A model generated the notes under the pieces. It was given only the letters and a program-made list of their open reading frames with translations, did no database searches and was not told where the DNA came from. DNA of 63,677 nt, filler included, from Octopus bimaculoides (Eukaryota): NCBI RefSeq assembly GCF_001194135.2. It is 5 parts of 5 records of this genome, joined end to end, with 100 filler letters (N's around TTAATTAATTAA, not from the genome) between each part and the next. Parts side by side here need not be neighbours in the genome. Positions count along the whole stretch, not along the records: positions 12,542 to 29,724 come from NC_068982.1; positions 29,825 to 53,864 come from NC_068990.1; 3 more parts are not named here. One strand, written 5' to 3'. Made by a program: the position numbers and the translations under genes. Shown here in pieces: positions 25,714 to 38,067 of this stretch. Each line of letters starts with the position of its first letter. The stretch's first letter is position 1.

Positions 25714-27290
25714 TTTTTTTTTTTAAAGTTCACATCTTCATTTATTTTTTAAATGTTCATATTTTAAAAGTTTTTAAATCTTTAAACTCTTTATGATGAA
25801 TTATGGGTGGTAGGGCATCAAACCACACCGGCCCGCCAAGTGAAATTAAATACTTCCTATATGTTTTTATAAACGTGTCGTACACACTTTTGTTCTTCCT
25901 AGAAATCCTCCCTGTGTAGTTTCATCCTTATTAATCCCTTCCACTTGACAATCCTCCTTTCCACATCTACATTCTTTTCGTAATATACTATGAATGCCTT
26001 ATTTTTAAAATTGTACTGTTCAGTCCCTTCTACTGGTTCTCGCTCTGTTGGTTCTGACTCTATCGTCTACATGTGTTTGAATGTAGGCGGTTCCTTACCT
26101 TCTTTGGGTGTCTTGTCTGGTTCTATTGCTGGTCTTTCAGAGTCTTCTCTTGTCTTCGCCTTTTTCTTCCTTTTGGGGCTGACAAATCCGTCACTTCCCT
26201 CACTTACCGCCTTTGTTCTGTCTTTCTTCGACTCTACCTCTTCCGTATCCCTGGCGCACTCCCTATCACTTTTGCTGTATACATCTGTTATCGCTTCAAT
26301 TGGTACTCCTATCTCCACTTTTATTTGGTCCCTCTCCACAGCCTTTTCACTCTGAGGAGGCTTGTGCTTGGGGCACTGCGTCTTCATGTGGCCTCTTATT
26401 CCACACTCATAACAATTTGATCTGCGTCCCTCAATAATCACTTTGAGGGAATTCTCTCCCGGAATCTCTATCTGGTAGGGGATCCTTTCAATGTCCTTGA
26501 ATGTGACAAAAAGCCACATCTCGACGCCGTACACCCACCAGTTTAACCTGCTCGTTTTTCCAACTGTCCCTAATCCGGGATTCTCCTCAGTGGTAGCCAT
26601 AACAGCTGCTACCAACCACTCTGGCTTTATTTCTGGTGGCACCCTTCCAATGCGAACGCGTGCACTTCACCTGCCCCTACATGTGGGCAACAGCGTTACT
26701 TTTTCCATGCGTAAAATAATGGTGGAATGTGAGGCCGCCTCTGTTTTGGTGGCAAACCACACCAACACCGTACCATATTTCTTTCCTCGGCAAACGAAAG
26801 TTACCGTTTTCATAAGGGATCCCAAACATGCCTCCACGTCATTTTCTGATACGATTTCAATTTTATTGGTGGCGACCGCTTGCGTGCGGTACACCATTGT
26901 CCCATAACTCTTATCCTCGACCGTTTCTTCTGGAGGGATTAGCTTTATTGCGTCTCCCTCCTTTTGTATAAACTGTTCACTTCTTAGTATCTCTTCCATG
27001 TTCACTTTTATCTGTTTCAGGTCAAACGTCGGAGCTGCTCCTACTACAGCGGCTTTTGCATAGCTCTCCATATTGAAAAACGGACTTTTCAGCCCCGCAA
27101 TGGGGAGAAAACAGCAAAAAAGAAAAACACTCATACGCGAGTCACTCAACAGTAATCCTTAACAGTGATACACAACAATTTCAACAACAGACAGTCTCGA
27201 AGAGAAAGCCGTCAACTTGTAACAACAATCTAAAACCGTGGTCAAAAATGACAAAACTCAGAACTCAAACAAGCAAGTTGTTAGTCTGCA
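25714..27290 (-). mobile_element. Non-LTR retroelement carrying only a Tx1/L1-like ORF1; poly(A) signal and A-tail; no ORF2
   Basis: Minus strand: T-rich leader, ORF1-like reading frame, AATAAA (25741-25746 on +) and an A11 tract (25714-25724). The 5' boundary is uncertain and no TSD was found. Confidence 0.6.
25899..27071 (-). pseudogene. Gag/ORF1-like nucleic-acid-binding protein (RRM-like region plus CCHC zinc knuckle), disrupted by in-frame stops
   Basis: One frame from MESYAKAA (ATG at 27071): TGA at 26667-26669, then SARVRIGRVPPEIKPEW..., CYECGIRGHMKTQC (CX2CX4HX4C) and a basic KRKKK tail, TAG at 26067-26069, then still open to TAG at 25899. No frameshifts. Confidence 0.8.
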
Positions 27291-29685
27291 AAATCAACGT
27301 CCTTTCAACGATTAGTCGGAGATGATTTTTAAAATGTGTCCCAGCTACCTTGATGTTAGAGTAATTTAGTCACTTGCCAATCATTTTTTCATAATTTCCA
27401 ACCTGAATATAATACTTTCAAAACTATACACATTCGATTACTTTGTAAACTATATTACCACGTATGTACAAAGATTTAAAATTTACAGACAAACATTAAT
27501 TGTATTTATTGTGCCATGGCACGGACGGTAGTGTCAATGTATTTTTTTGTGTTATAACACAGGCAGGGACATTAATATGACGCTAACAGACTGTCACAAA
27601 TATTACGAGGTGGGAGCGCTAAGTAGTGGTATGTATAAATGCAATGTTATTACTCGTTCGAAATTTTCTACATGAGAAATTTTCTCCATGTCAAAACAGC
27701 GTGAATGGCTTGTTTACGAATTCGAACTTGCTACTGGCATATTTGAACTAGTAAAAACATTGCATTGTCACAAATATATAATTCATAGATTTTTTTTATT
27801 CGTTCCAAATATTTAAATGTCATATTTCATATCTTAAAAACAGGAATATTTCATATGATTTTGTTCAGACAACTTCCGAACTTTATTTTTCTAAGTTGGT
27901 TATTTGAGACGATGACTAAAATTAAATTTATTTACTTCGCTCATAAATGGAAACTTCTACCGCAAAATATACTAACATCATTCTCCTTCTAAATACGTTT
28001 TCACAAAAAAAAAAAAGAAAAGAAAGAAAAACGAAAAAGGAAACGTTTTTTTTTTTTCCGCTTACATTTCGATTATTTGTTTCAGTGAATCCTTGAGATG
28101 ACAAATTCGTCACTTCAACATGAAAAGTGTCCAAGTTGTTGACAATGGAGAAATGTACAATGGATATTCATACGATTTCAGTCTTTGTTCCGATAAGAAA
28201 CTAGAAGCAGGTCTATGTATGACTGCTGGTTATTGCTAGCAATAAAAATCATTGAGCAGCGATTAGCAGTTGTCTATTTTTTCACATGCGGAAATTATTT
28301 ACTGAATTACCTTCAAGTCTAATTCAGACCGAAACTATTTTTAATACAAACGTTAAATAAGTCCCATAATTTCTATTTTCTGTTCCCGTTCCAAGGCTTC
28401 TTTAAGCGTTATCCTTCCGATTAGCTCCTGGTCAATGGAACTTTAAATCTTTTTCCTGTCTACTATGATGAGTCATGTCACATTTATAGGAAAGTGAGAC
28501 GAGAAAAATTTTATTAAAAAAATACAAAAGTATAAAAGGAATTGTTATGGTTTCTCTAAGATACATCGTCAGAAAATCTCATTAATAAAAAAATAAGCTT
28601 TGATTTGTTATTTTAAAAATATGCAGACCCTCGGTATACCATTACATTTAACATAAATTCTTAAATGTATTCTAGAAAACTTGATTTCAGAGTAAAATTA
28701 GTACGGGAAGAAGATCTTCAGAAAAGTTCTCTACGTTAAATATTGCAGAATTGGCTGCAATGGACACTAAATAAACTATAAGGGAACCTCTACAAGCTCG
28801 ATCGAAATCTCCGTTCAAATACATTAATAACATAAAACGGGAATATATGCAAAACATTGGATGGTCATGGTTGAAATACCTTTGATCATAGATACGTCCA
28901 ACTCCAACCAGGGCTGATCTGGATCCTAATAACGATAACAATGCATCCTATTTTTGTGGAATAATGATTAAAAACGAATATTTCTTAAATCAGTAGCTAT
29001 TATAATGTATATTTTACTGAATTTCATATTGTAATTTAGAGAAAAATCTATCAATTAAATGTATTTTGATAATAATAAATCCAACAGTTTCTATTTGGAG
29101 ATTATTTCATGAAAATTATAATACGAGACGTGTCATAAATATTACGAGATAGGGAGCTAAAACATAATTTAAAAACTTGATAGAATTAGTAAAACTAATA
29201 TTTGTCCTAGCTAGATACGAAACATCAGCGTCTATGAGCCTGGTAAAGATCTCTAAATATATTTCCCGTAATATTTATAATAAGATTTATTGAAATACGT
29301 TATTGTAGTGTTATCACTTTACTAATTTCGGTAACTGGAGTGGAGGCGTAATGTGACAAAGACTTGATAAAAAAGAAAAATATGCCTACTGATAGAACTT
29401 GAACCAACAATCTAGCAGTTGCCGGGCGACCGCGCTGCCATTGTACACTGCTTGATTTTAGAAGCAGTGTTTTAAAATCCATACTGGAGAAACCAATCAT
29501 AGAAGCGGGTTGAGGAAAGAGTAAAAATTTACAGTGGTTCTTCAGCATGACCATAGCCTCATGACTGAAACGTCTAAATTAGTAAAACTATGAGCCTGTT
29601 AAGGACCCCTGAATATATTTCCCGTAATAGTTATAATAGAATTTATTGAAATTCATAAGTGTAGTGTAAAAGGGTAAAGGAATAA

Positions 29686-29724
<39 letters not shown>

Positions 29725-29768
29725 NNNNNNNNNNNNNNNNNNNNNNNNNNNNNNNNNNNNNNNNNNNN

Positions 29769-29780
29769 TTAATTAATTAA
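29769..29780. other. Assembly linker TTAATTAATTAA inside an N gap
   Basis: As at 12486. Confidence 0.9.
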
Positions 29781-29879
29781 NNNNNNNNNNNNNNNNNNNN
29801 NNNNNNNNNNNNNNNNNNNNNNNNTATACTGGCAAAAGAGACAGTAATAAATCCAGTAATGTGCACAACTCTTCTATAA

Positions 29880-30189
29880 TAATATTTTGTTGTATACCCA
29901 ATTGAATATTAGCTCATAACCCATTTTCTATAGCGATGTTTGAACAAAAATTTAAATAATTTTATATTTTGTTGAATTTACCTGTAATTAAAGTCACTTT
30001 GTGACAAAAATTTTGGTATAGAATTGGTTGAGAACCTTTCGTTAATTTATCTTCCAAAAATCACATTAATATGTTGATAAATAAAAAAGTTGTTTTACAA
30101 AACCAGCCTAAATTTATGATTATGTTAGAAATTAATTGAAACACATAAGGGGTGTAATTTGGTTAGAAATATGGTAACGAAAGGGTTAA
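29880..30189. mobile_element. Probable piggyBac-like MITE, right end only
   Basis: Ends ...atggtaacgaaaGGG-TTAA, resembling the end of 50821-51119. The left end is not found and may lie in the gap. Confidence 0.4.
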
Positions 30190-30984
30190 CAATATACCTG
30201 CCCAAGGATTTGAACTCAACAAGGATTTTCAGTTTTTAGAATTGGTATAACATGTCCCTGTCATAAGAGGTTTCTAAAACGATTGGTGTCAGGAAGGGCG
30301 ACTGGCATAAAACTCTGTTGCAACAAAGTGCCAACCAATCCATTCCAGCACAACAAAGTGGTTGGCATTTGAAGACTAATACAACCAATGGCAATACAAT
30401 AAAATGCATAGAAATAGCAAATTATTGTAATGGACTGCTATCAAAATCCAACTCCTACCAGCATGGTAAAGTGGATAGTTAACAGTCATATACAATAAAC
30501 CTATCCAACACATGCCAGCATAGTAAAGTGAAAGGAGTTGTGCGTCCAATATATTAGTCTCTTCCAACCCATGCCAGTATCGTTAACTAGATGAAGTTAT
30601 TAGACCAATACAGTATTTCCTCTCAAGTTTTACCTTTGCATTGATAGGTAAATGGACATGATTCTTACATTAGAAAAGAGAAATGATTGGTAAGGGTAGC
30701 TAGTTGTTGTGAACTATACTTCCCTCACAAGGTATTTTACCATCACTCATCTTCACCCATTCCATAGTTTTTTCTCTTCATTGTTGAAATTATGGTATAC
30801 AAACAAATATTCTTTTCTACTGGAATATGAAGAAACCATAAGAGAGAGAGAGAGAGGGAGGCTTCAACCATCTTAATTCTCTATCAATGAGTCAACCTTA
30901 ACGTGGTTACTTGATCTACTAGAAATAACCAAATTTCCTTCAAACCATAGTCTGCTGTCTTAAAATGAGCTCCTCCTTCTCTTC

Positions 30985-31255
30985 CTCCTCATCATTTAAC
31001 GTCTGTTGTCCATGCTGGCATGGGTCGGACGGTTTGACTGGGCTGGCATGCTGGAAGGCTGCACCAGACTCCAGTCTGATTTGGCATGGTTTTCTATGAC
31101 TAGATGCCCTTCCTAATGCCAACCATTCTGAGAGTGTAATAGGTGCTTTTACATGCCACCGGCACAAGTGCTATTTGCATGACACCGGGGTGCTTTTACG
31201 TTCCACCGGCACAGGTGCCAATTTGTGTGACACCTGTATCTGCCACGACTGCGAT
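30985..31255 (-). mobile_element. Interspersed repeat family F (SINE-like or LINE-3'-derived)
   Basis: Reverse-complement similarity to 47096-47350 (tggcattaggaagggcatc...aaaccgtccgacccatgccagcatgga). Confidence 0.7.
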
Positions 31256-31636
31256 TTTGAATAAGTCCGGATACTTATTGATCACATCTTGTATGAGTTG
31301 AGGTAGATTTTTCAGTAGAAAAGGCCAAATTTTCAGTCTACATTCACTGTAGAAGTTGACATACAGATTTTGGCCACAGGTTTTTATTGAGAAATTGAGA
31401 CATTATCAGGGTTTGGATGGATCAGATCACCAGAGTTTGTGCAAGGAACAGAGGTGAATGGATTTTGCAACAGGATGATAAAAGTTGAAACAAAATAAAA
31501 CAAGTTTCCATTTGAAATGTTTAATTATTTCAAATTTAATTTTTAATATTTGCCTTTACTTATGATTATAATCACACATCAATATGATCACAAAGTATGT
31601 TTAATGAGAATTAACATGTAACTAAAAATTTTATTA

Positions 31637-31809
31637 TAGGCACAGGAGTGGCTGTGTGGTAAGTAGCTTGCTTACCAACCACATGGTTCCGGGTTTATTC
31701 CCACTGCGTGGCACCTTAGGCAAATGTCTTCTACTATAGCCTTGGGCCAACCAAAGCCTTGTGAGTGGATTTAGTAGACGGAAACTGAAAGAAGCCCGTC
31801 GTATATATG

Positions 31810-31850
<41 letters not shown>

Positions 31851-32070
31851 TTGTGTATATGTTTGTGTCTGTGTTTGTCCCCCCAACATCGCTTGACAAC
31901 TGATGCTGGTGTGTTTACGTCCCCGTAACTTAGCTGTTTGGCAAAAGAGACCGATAGAATAAGTACTAGGCATCCAAAGAATAAGTCCTGGGGTCAATTT
32001 GCTCGACTAAAGGCAGTGCTCCAGCATGGCTGCAGTCAAATGACTGAAACAAGTAAAAGAGTAAAAGAGA
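31637..32070 (+). mobile_element. SINE family D, full length, central (TA)n/(TG)n
   Basis: Head tggctgtgtggtaag / ggttccgggttt; near-identical to 56269-56680; tail gtaaaaga repeats. Confidence 0.9.
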
Positions 32071-33267
32071 GAGTATGCCATCATCTGAATCTTTGGTCTT
32101 CCAAAGTTGTCTTGGTCTATAAGTTGGCCTACCATTTTTGGCTATAAATTTTCATTCCCAAAATTTGAGTTTGTATGCTGGAAAATATGATAAATGATTT
32201 AGAGAATTAAGTTTCAACCTTCTTTGTTCTAAGTTCGAATCCTACCAGAGTTACCTTTGCTTTCCCTCCTTCTGGCATTAATAAAGTAAGAATTGCTTTA
32301 AATGTAAGCTCTGTCATCTAGATTAATTTGTGTAACTTTGCAAACGATAATGGCATTAATTTCCTTGAAGTCTGCCATTAACTCCTGATAGCACAATTGT
32401 TAAAAGTGCAAGTTTATTTTTCTGCATTGACTGAACTATAAAAGAGTGCAAGTGAGAGGTGTCAACTGTTTCAACTACCAATAAATTTCATTTCAACACT
32501 GTAAGAACTTATGTAAAATAAATGGTTCTCTCTTTTAGTGTAAGGCATCAAACACCTTTAAAACAAAGTGCCAGTAATATTCTTTGGTAAATTTAAAACA
32601 CTGCACATCCATTCTTAGAAATTTGGTGTTTTTCCCATTAAAAGATATTGTTAAATGGCCTGACTTTAAGAGGTGGAGAGGGAGAAAACAATAAAAGTGA
32701 TAAAACATTGAAATAAAATACAAAAAGTTAAATTTTATATCGCTACAATTTTCTCTCAGCTTTTCAACAGAAGAAAATGTGAAGTTTTGAAATATCTTTA
32801 ACAATGTTTCTTTATTTCTTTTGTATAAATAAAGTTTTACTGTCAGGAAGGTTAAAAGAAACAGCTATTTCAACATGAATCTCCTGGGTAACATATATGT
32901 CAAATTTTACTCCAACTAAATTTTCAGTATCTTCTTTTAACTTGAGTAGTTCTAGCTATAAATGTTGGCTACATACAATATATGTATATATATATATATA
33001 TATATAGTGTGTGTGTAGCTGTAGCTAGGAAGAGATTTCACATAAATTTCTTATCAAATTCTATTACTTACGAGCGGAACAATTATTGTATTGGCAACAA
33101 TATGCAATATAACTCCTCTGTGTGAGTGAGTATGTGTGCGGGCGTGTGTGTGTAAGAAAATTCACACACACACACACATACAATACGTATACATACATAC
33201 ACATGTATAAAACAATATTATGGCTGATCACTACAAGGAAGGGATAGGTTGGTAGATAATAAAAACG

Positions 33268-33410
33268 TCACCACCACCACTACTACCATCACTGTCATCA
33301 TCACCATCACCACCTTCACTAGTGTTACCGCTACCACCATCACCACCACCACCACTACCACTACCACTACCACCACCACTACCACTACCACCACCACCAC
33401 CACCACTTCT
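33268..33410. repeat. Degenerate (ACC)n/(ACT)n tract
   Basis: Seen directly; source of the poly-G/T/V ORFs. Confidence 0.9.
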
Positions 33411-33624
33411 ATAACTGTGAAACAAGATGGTTGCATGCTCTCTGAAAATAACATTATTTATGGTTACTAAAATTGTTTGGAAACATCTTTTATGTTGAAG
33501 CTTCACATCACATCAATGATTCATGGATTCTCCATTGAATGGTTTCCTTTCAGTGAAGTAGTAAATATTTCTGTTGTTGCTGTTGTTGTTACCTTTACTT
33601 TCACCAGATACACATAAACACATG

Positions 33625-33666
<42 letters not shown>

Positions 33667-34448
33667 TTTGTGTGAGTGAGTATATATATGCATGTTTGTG
33701 AAAGTGTGCTTATATACCTGTATATATAGGTATGTGTGTGTGTAGAGGGCTATACCTATCTTCATCTCTCTCTCTCTCTCTCACACATATATATAAACAT
33801 CTGTGTGTGTGCATGTGTATGTGTGTATCTCTGTGTGTGTGTGTCTGCATGTAGATGTGTGTCAGGTAATATATGTTGTAAATCTGTAGAGAAACCAGCC
33901 AACCTTACAGATTTGTACTCTGGTCAAGAGAAAGCTTAACTTGCAGTAAAATCGTAAACAATATGCTCAGAGATTTTGGCAGTATGGGCAACATTATTGG
34001 ATAGAAATTAAGAAATCTCTGTGGTTCCTTACTTCATGTCAGTCAAAAGCAATTGCCCAGTGACCATTGTAGCAGAATCTTGTAATAGTATCACTGAGTT
34101 AACGAGATCCTGATGGTTATAAACTTAATTTCTCTTTTGTAAATATTTTGTTGAAATACAAGCAAGTTATAAATATGAACCAAGAACTCTTTTTCTTTTT
34201 CTTGTCTATTTTATTTTGCTGATTTTCACGTGTTTCCTCTTCATTGTTGAAAGCACTATGACAAAGTTGAAGAGGACTGACATGCTGGAGAAGCAGCTAG
34301 TTGTTATGCATGCATTCACGGTTCAAATGGTTGGCATCTTGAAGTCGTATGGAAAAATGACAAAAGGCTACAATGGAACAAATAATTTGGCCATCATCAC
34401 AGCCAAGGAAGCAAGATCTACAGCAACAAGAAAAAGAATAGAAACAAC

Positions 34449-34668
34449 TACAAGGTGGTGTTGAAAAGTTCCTGGCTTTGGGTAAAAAAAATATGGGAGA
34501 ATCAATTAATTATGATTTTATTCAACATATTCCCCTCTCAGATTTACGTACTTATTGCAGCAGCCCTCCAGTTTTTCTAAACCTTGTAAAAGAACTTGGA
34601 AAGTTGGGCCTCCAGCTAGGCCTGTTGTGATACCCTTAAAGCCAGGAACTTTTCAGCACCCATTTGTA
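34449..34668. mobile_element. Mariner-type MITE (~220 bp)
   Basis: TIRs ggtgttgaaaagttcctggcttt and aaagccaggaacttttcagcacc, TA at both ends; second copy at 41074-41296. Confidence 0.85.
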
Positions 34669-34670
34669 CC

Positions 34671-35057
34671 ATTGTTGGCAGCACTCTGTCACTTACGACA
34701 TCGAGGGTTCCAGTTGATCCGATCAATGGAACAACCTGCTTGTGAAATTAACATGCAAGTGGCTGAGCACTCCACAGACACGTGTACCCTTAACATAGTT
34801 CTCGGGGATATTCAGCGTGACACAGTGTGACAAGGCTGACCCTTTGAATTACAGGCACAACAGAAACAGGAAGTAAGAGTGAGAGAAAGTTGTGGTGAAG
34901 GAGTACAGCAGGGTTCGCCACCATCCCCTGCCAGAGCCTTGTGGAGCTTTAGGTGTTTTCGCTCAATAAACACTCACAATGCCCGGTCTGGGAATCAAAA
35001 CCGTGATCCTATGACCGCGAGTCTGCTGCCCTAACCACTGGGCCATTGCGCCTCCAC
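34671..35057 (-). mobile_element. SINE family A, full length, with TSD
   Basis: Reverse complement of 125-510; TSD catttgtacc at 34661-34670 and 35057-35066. Confidence 0.9.
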
Positions 35058-35804
35058 ATTTGTACCGTTACAGAAGAAATAAAATGAAAGATATCATCAT
35101 CATAATCATCACCACCATCAACAACAACAACAGTAGCAACAATCAGTTCCCTGCAAGTTCTTTGTTGTTGCTCAAAGGAATAGCATTGAACTAATGAAAT
35201 TCTTCCTCAAACACAGAGACATAACAACACATGGAGCAGAAATAAATCAATTCCTCCTGAAGACAAAGTCATGGACTTATGATACAAATGGTAGTACTAA
35301 GAGGCTACTTAGAAGTCCTGAAACAGTTCTCATGTGATGTGGTGGGGATTTTGTTTTTGTTTTTTTTTATTTCTATATTTTAATTATTTAAAATTTTTAT
35401 ATTTTATTTTAAGTTAACCATTCTTATTTTGTTTTATTATTTTTGTAGATTTTTTTCCCCTTCTAAATCAGTTTCTCTCTTGGTTAGATTAGTGTCAAGA
35501 TTTTAAGGAAGATTAATGGAATTTGGTGGTGTCCAATGAGGATTGTTAATGGTGCAAAAAGAAAAATTCTTGTTTGCTAATTTCAGTTCTTGGTCAAATT
35601 GTTACAGAAGTTGATTGGTCTGTGGAAGAAATCTAGATATTCTACAAAAAGTGGTTGGTTCTAATTTGATAGGTAACTTTTATAATAAATGATGTAAGAC
35701 CTTGGACATAGCATGGCTATTTGTTGAGTTATTTGGACAGTTGCTAGTGCAAAGGGTCTGTAAATGACTAGTATATAAGGATAATTCCCAAGTGTTTGTT
35801 GTCT

Positions 35805-36019
35805 CATAGAACTGGTTTCTGTGGTACATATGTTTTCCCCCTGGATGGGATGCCAGTCCACTGCAGGATTACTCACTTTTTTTCCAGTTGAGTAGACTTG
35901 AGCAATATGAAATGAAGTGTTTTGTTCAAGAATACAACACATCACCTAGTCCAGGAATTGAAACCACAATTTTGCAATCATGAGTCCAACACCCTAACCA
36001 CTAAGCTACGTTTCTCCAC
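35805..36019 (-). mobile_element. SINE head2 plus tail Y, CpG-decayed
   Basis: Colinear with 3060-3252 with many CpG to TpG/CpA changes. Confidence 0.75.
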
Positions 36020-36316
36020 AAATGACTTGTAGATAGACAAGTATATATGTACAGCTAGGTAGATAAAATGGTACTACAATTTCACAAATTAAAGGTATGT
36101 TATTTAAAATCTCCATTTCAACACTGTTATAGTATAAAATAAGGATAATTAATAAAACTGGTGATAAAGTCACTTCTAGCACATATAATGTAGTGATCCA
36201 GACTATTTTAATCAAGTTTGTACCCTTAATTTGGAGAAAAACTTCATTGTCCTAATGATCCCTTCTGATCAAGAAAGGTAAGAAGACAACTCTGAAATTT
36301 CAATTAGAATTTATGG

Positions 36317-36570
36317 ACAGCAGTTCTATATGGCTGTGAGACATGGGCCCTGAATGTAGAGGACATGTGAAAGTTAGAAAGGAATGAGGCCAATATGCTC
36401 TGCTGGATGTGTAATGTAAGTGTACTTGCCTGAGTGCCAGTGTTCTGAGAGAGAAGTTAGGCATAAGAAGAATTAGTTGCTGTGTGCAAGAAAGAAGACT
36501 TTGCTGGTTTGGTCATGTGATGTGGATGGATGGCAACAGCTCCATAAAGAAGTGCCAATTTGTAAAGTTA
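36317..36570 (+). mobile_element. RTE-clade LINE fragment (post-RT region)
   Basis: TAVLYGCETWALNVEDM*KLERNEANMLCWMCNVSV...LREKLGIRRISCCVQERRLCWFGHVMWM. Confidence 0.85.
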
Positions 36571-37851
36571 TTTAAGTCAAAATATTGTCTGCATGACTGA
36601 AGGATAAACCATTGGCAATGAGTGCATCTCCACCTATAACTGGTTCTTGGGAAGTACATGCCAACATGCCTTCTGTTTATAGTTCCTTCTTGAGTCCTGT
36701 TAATATAAACCATTACTAACCTACCATCAGCTTATAACATTAGATATGTTAGCACCAAGTTCACTATTTATTTTTCCATACAGAAAAGTAATTTGTAACT
36801 ACATAAAGTAATTTGTAACTGCATAAAGTAATTTTTACATGACAAAATTGTGCTTTGTTCAAAGACTAACTCAAAAATTGTTTTGCATTTGTCTTTATTT
36901 TTTGTTTTCATTTTCATTTTGTTTTGTTTTGTTTTTGTAGCACATATTTTATTCTCACTTTACATTTACCTAGATTTATTAATGTATAATAAGTGCTTTT
37001 TTTCATATTATTAATAACATATTTACCTTATTGAATAACTGTGTTTTTGAACTAGTTATTTTACCATCCTGTTACTATATATGTGAATTTATAAAGGTGC
37101 TATTATTATTACCTTATATATATTGCTGAATATTCATTTTTAGAATAAAACATTTAAATAAATTTATAAAATATGGAATTTTCTTAAGTCCCAGTAGTAG
37201 TTTTTATTATTACTAATGTAGTAGGTCAGCAAAATCATTAGCATGTGAGACAAAATGCTTAGCAGCATTTCTTCCAGTTCTTTATGGTCTGAACTAAAAT
37301 CCTGCTGAGGTCAACCTTGCCTTTCATCCAGGGACATGCCGACTAGGTAAGCAAGGTTGGCAGTGCCGACCTTGAAAAAATAGATCGATAGCAACATTTT
37401 CCTTTTATGGCAAAATATGCACCTAATTCAATAAAATTATGATTACTGTGCATAGAATGCAAAATATTTTATTTTTTGTAGATTAGGTAGGCATAATTCG
37501 CCCCTGCTTTTCAATCTCAGTATTTAAGTTACACATAGTACTACTTTATGACACATCCTGTGTACATACCTACGACACCGTTTTCTTTACATGCTATAAA
37601 GGCAGAAGTAAATCTGCCTTCAACTCAGTCGCATGCCTGTGTTTTGCTTATTTTTTGTGTTTTACTACATAAAGGGTGCCAACTGCCTACTCTGAGTAAT
37701 TACCGATGGCACATGTTTGCTTTCATCCTTTCTGGAGTGATAAAATAAGGTATTAGTCAAGTACTGAAATCAATGTAATCAACTTGACCCTCCCCTCAAA
37801 ATTGGTGACCTTCTATCAAGATTTGAAACTATTATTATTATGATTATTAGT

Positions 37852-38022
37852 TTAAGGCAGAGAGCTAGCAGGACCGTTAGCATACCGGGCAAAATGCTTA
37901 GCGATATTTCACTTGTCGCTACATTCTTAGTTCAAATTCCACCAAGGTTGACTTTGCTTTCATCCTTTCGGGGTCAATAAATTAAGCACCATTGAAACAC
38001 TGGGGTCGATGCAATTGACAAG
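37852..38022 (+). mobile_element. SINE family C
   Basis: aaggcagagagctagcag...gttcaaattcc...ttgactttgctttcatcctttcggggtcaataa. Confidence 0.8.
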
Positions 38023-38028
38023 TTAGTA

Positions 38029-38067
38029 GACCCGGGTTTCTGGGTAGTATCCTGTCATCAGCATGTG
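38029..38067 (-). ncRNA. Minimal type I hammerhead ribozyme motif; copy ends at the cleavage site
   Basis: Minus strand: CACAUG-CUGAUGA-CAGG AUACUA CCCA-GAAA-CCCGG-GUC. Core intact, stem III palindromic (ACCCGGGU), stem II partly damaged by CpG-type changes. Confidence 0.7.

Noticed and set aside
27511-27690. Short perfect palindromes (gtgccatggcac, tgtgttataacaca) and a TATA-like gtataaat
   Set aside because: Short, with no supporting Inr or spacing; compatible with chance.
28687-28941. 84-aa minus-strand ORF and a possible small exon DPDQPWLELDVSMIK
   Set aside because: No recognisable homology and no partner exons identified.
34216-34464. 82-aa ORF, and an alternative frame with an in-frame TGA (possible selenocysteine)
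   Set aside because: No resemblance to selenoprotein motifs I know and no SECIS seen; the ORF ends inside a MITE.
36785-36840. 20-bp triple repeat (also a 22-27-bp triple at 41340-41410 and a duplication at 54055/54238)
   Set aside because: Ordinary slippage duplications with no further structure.
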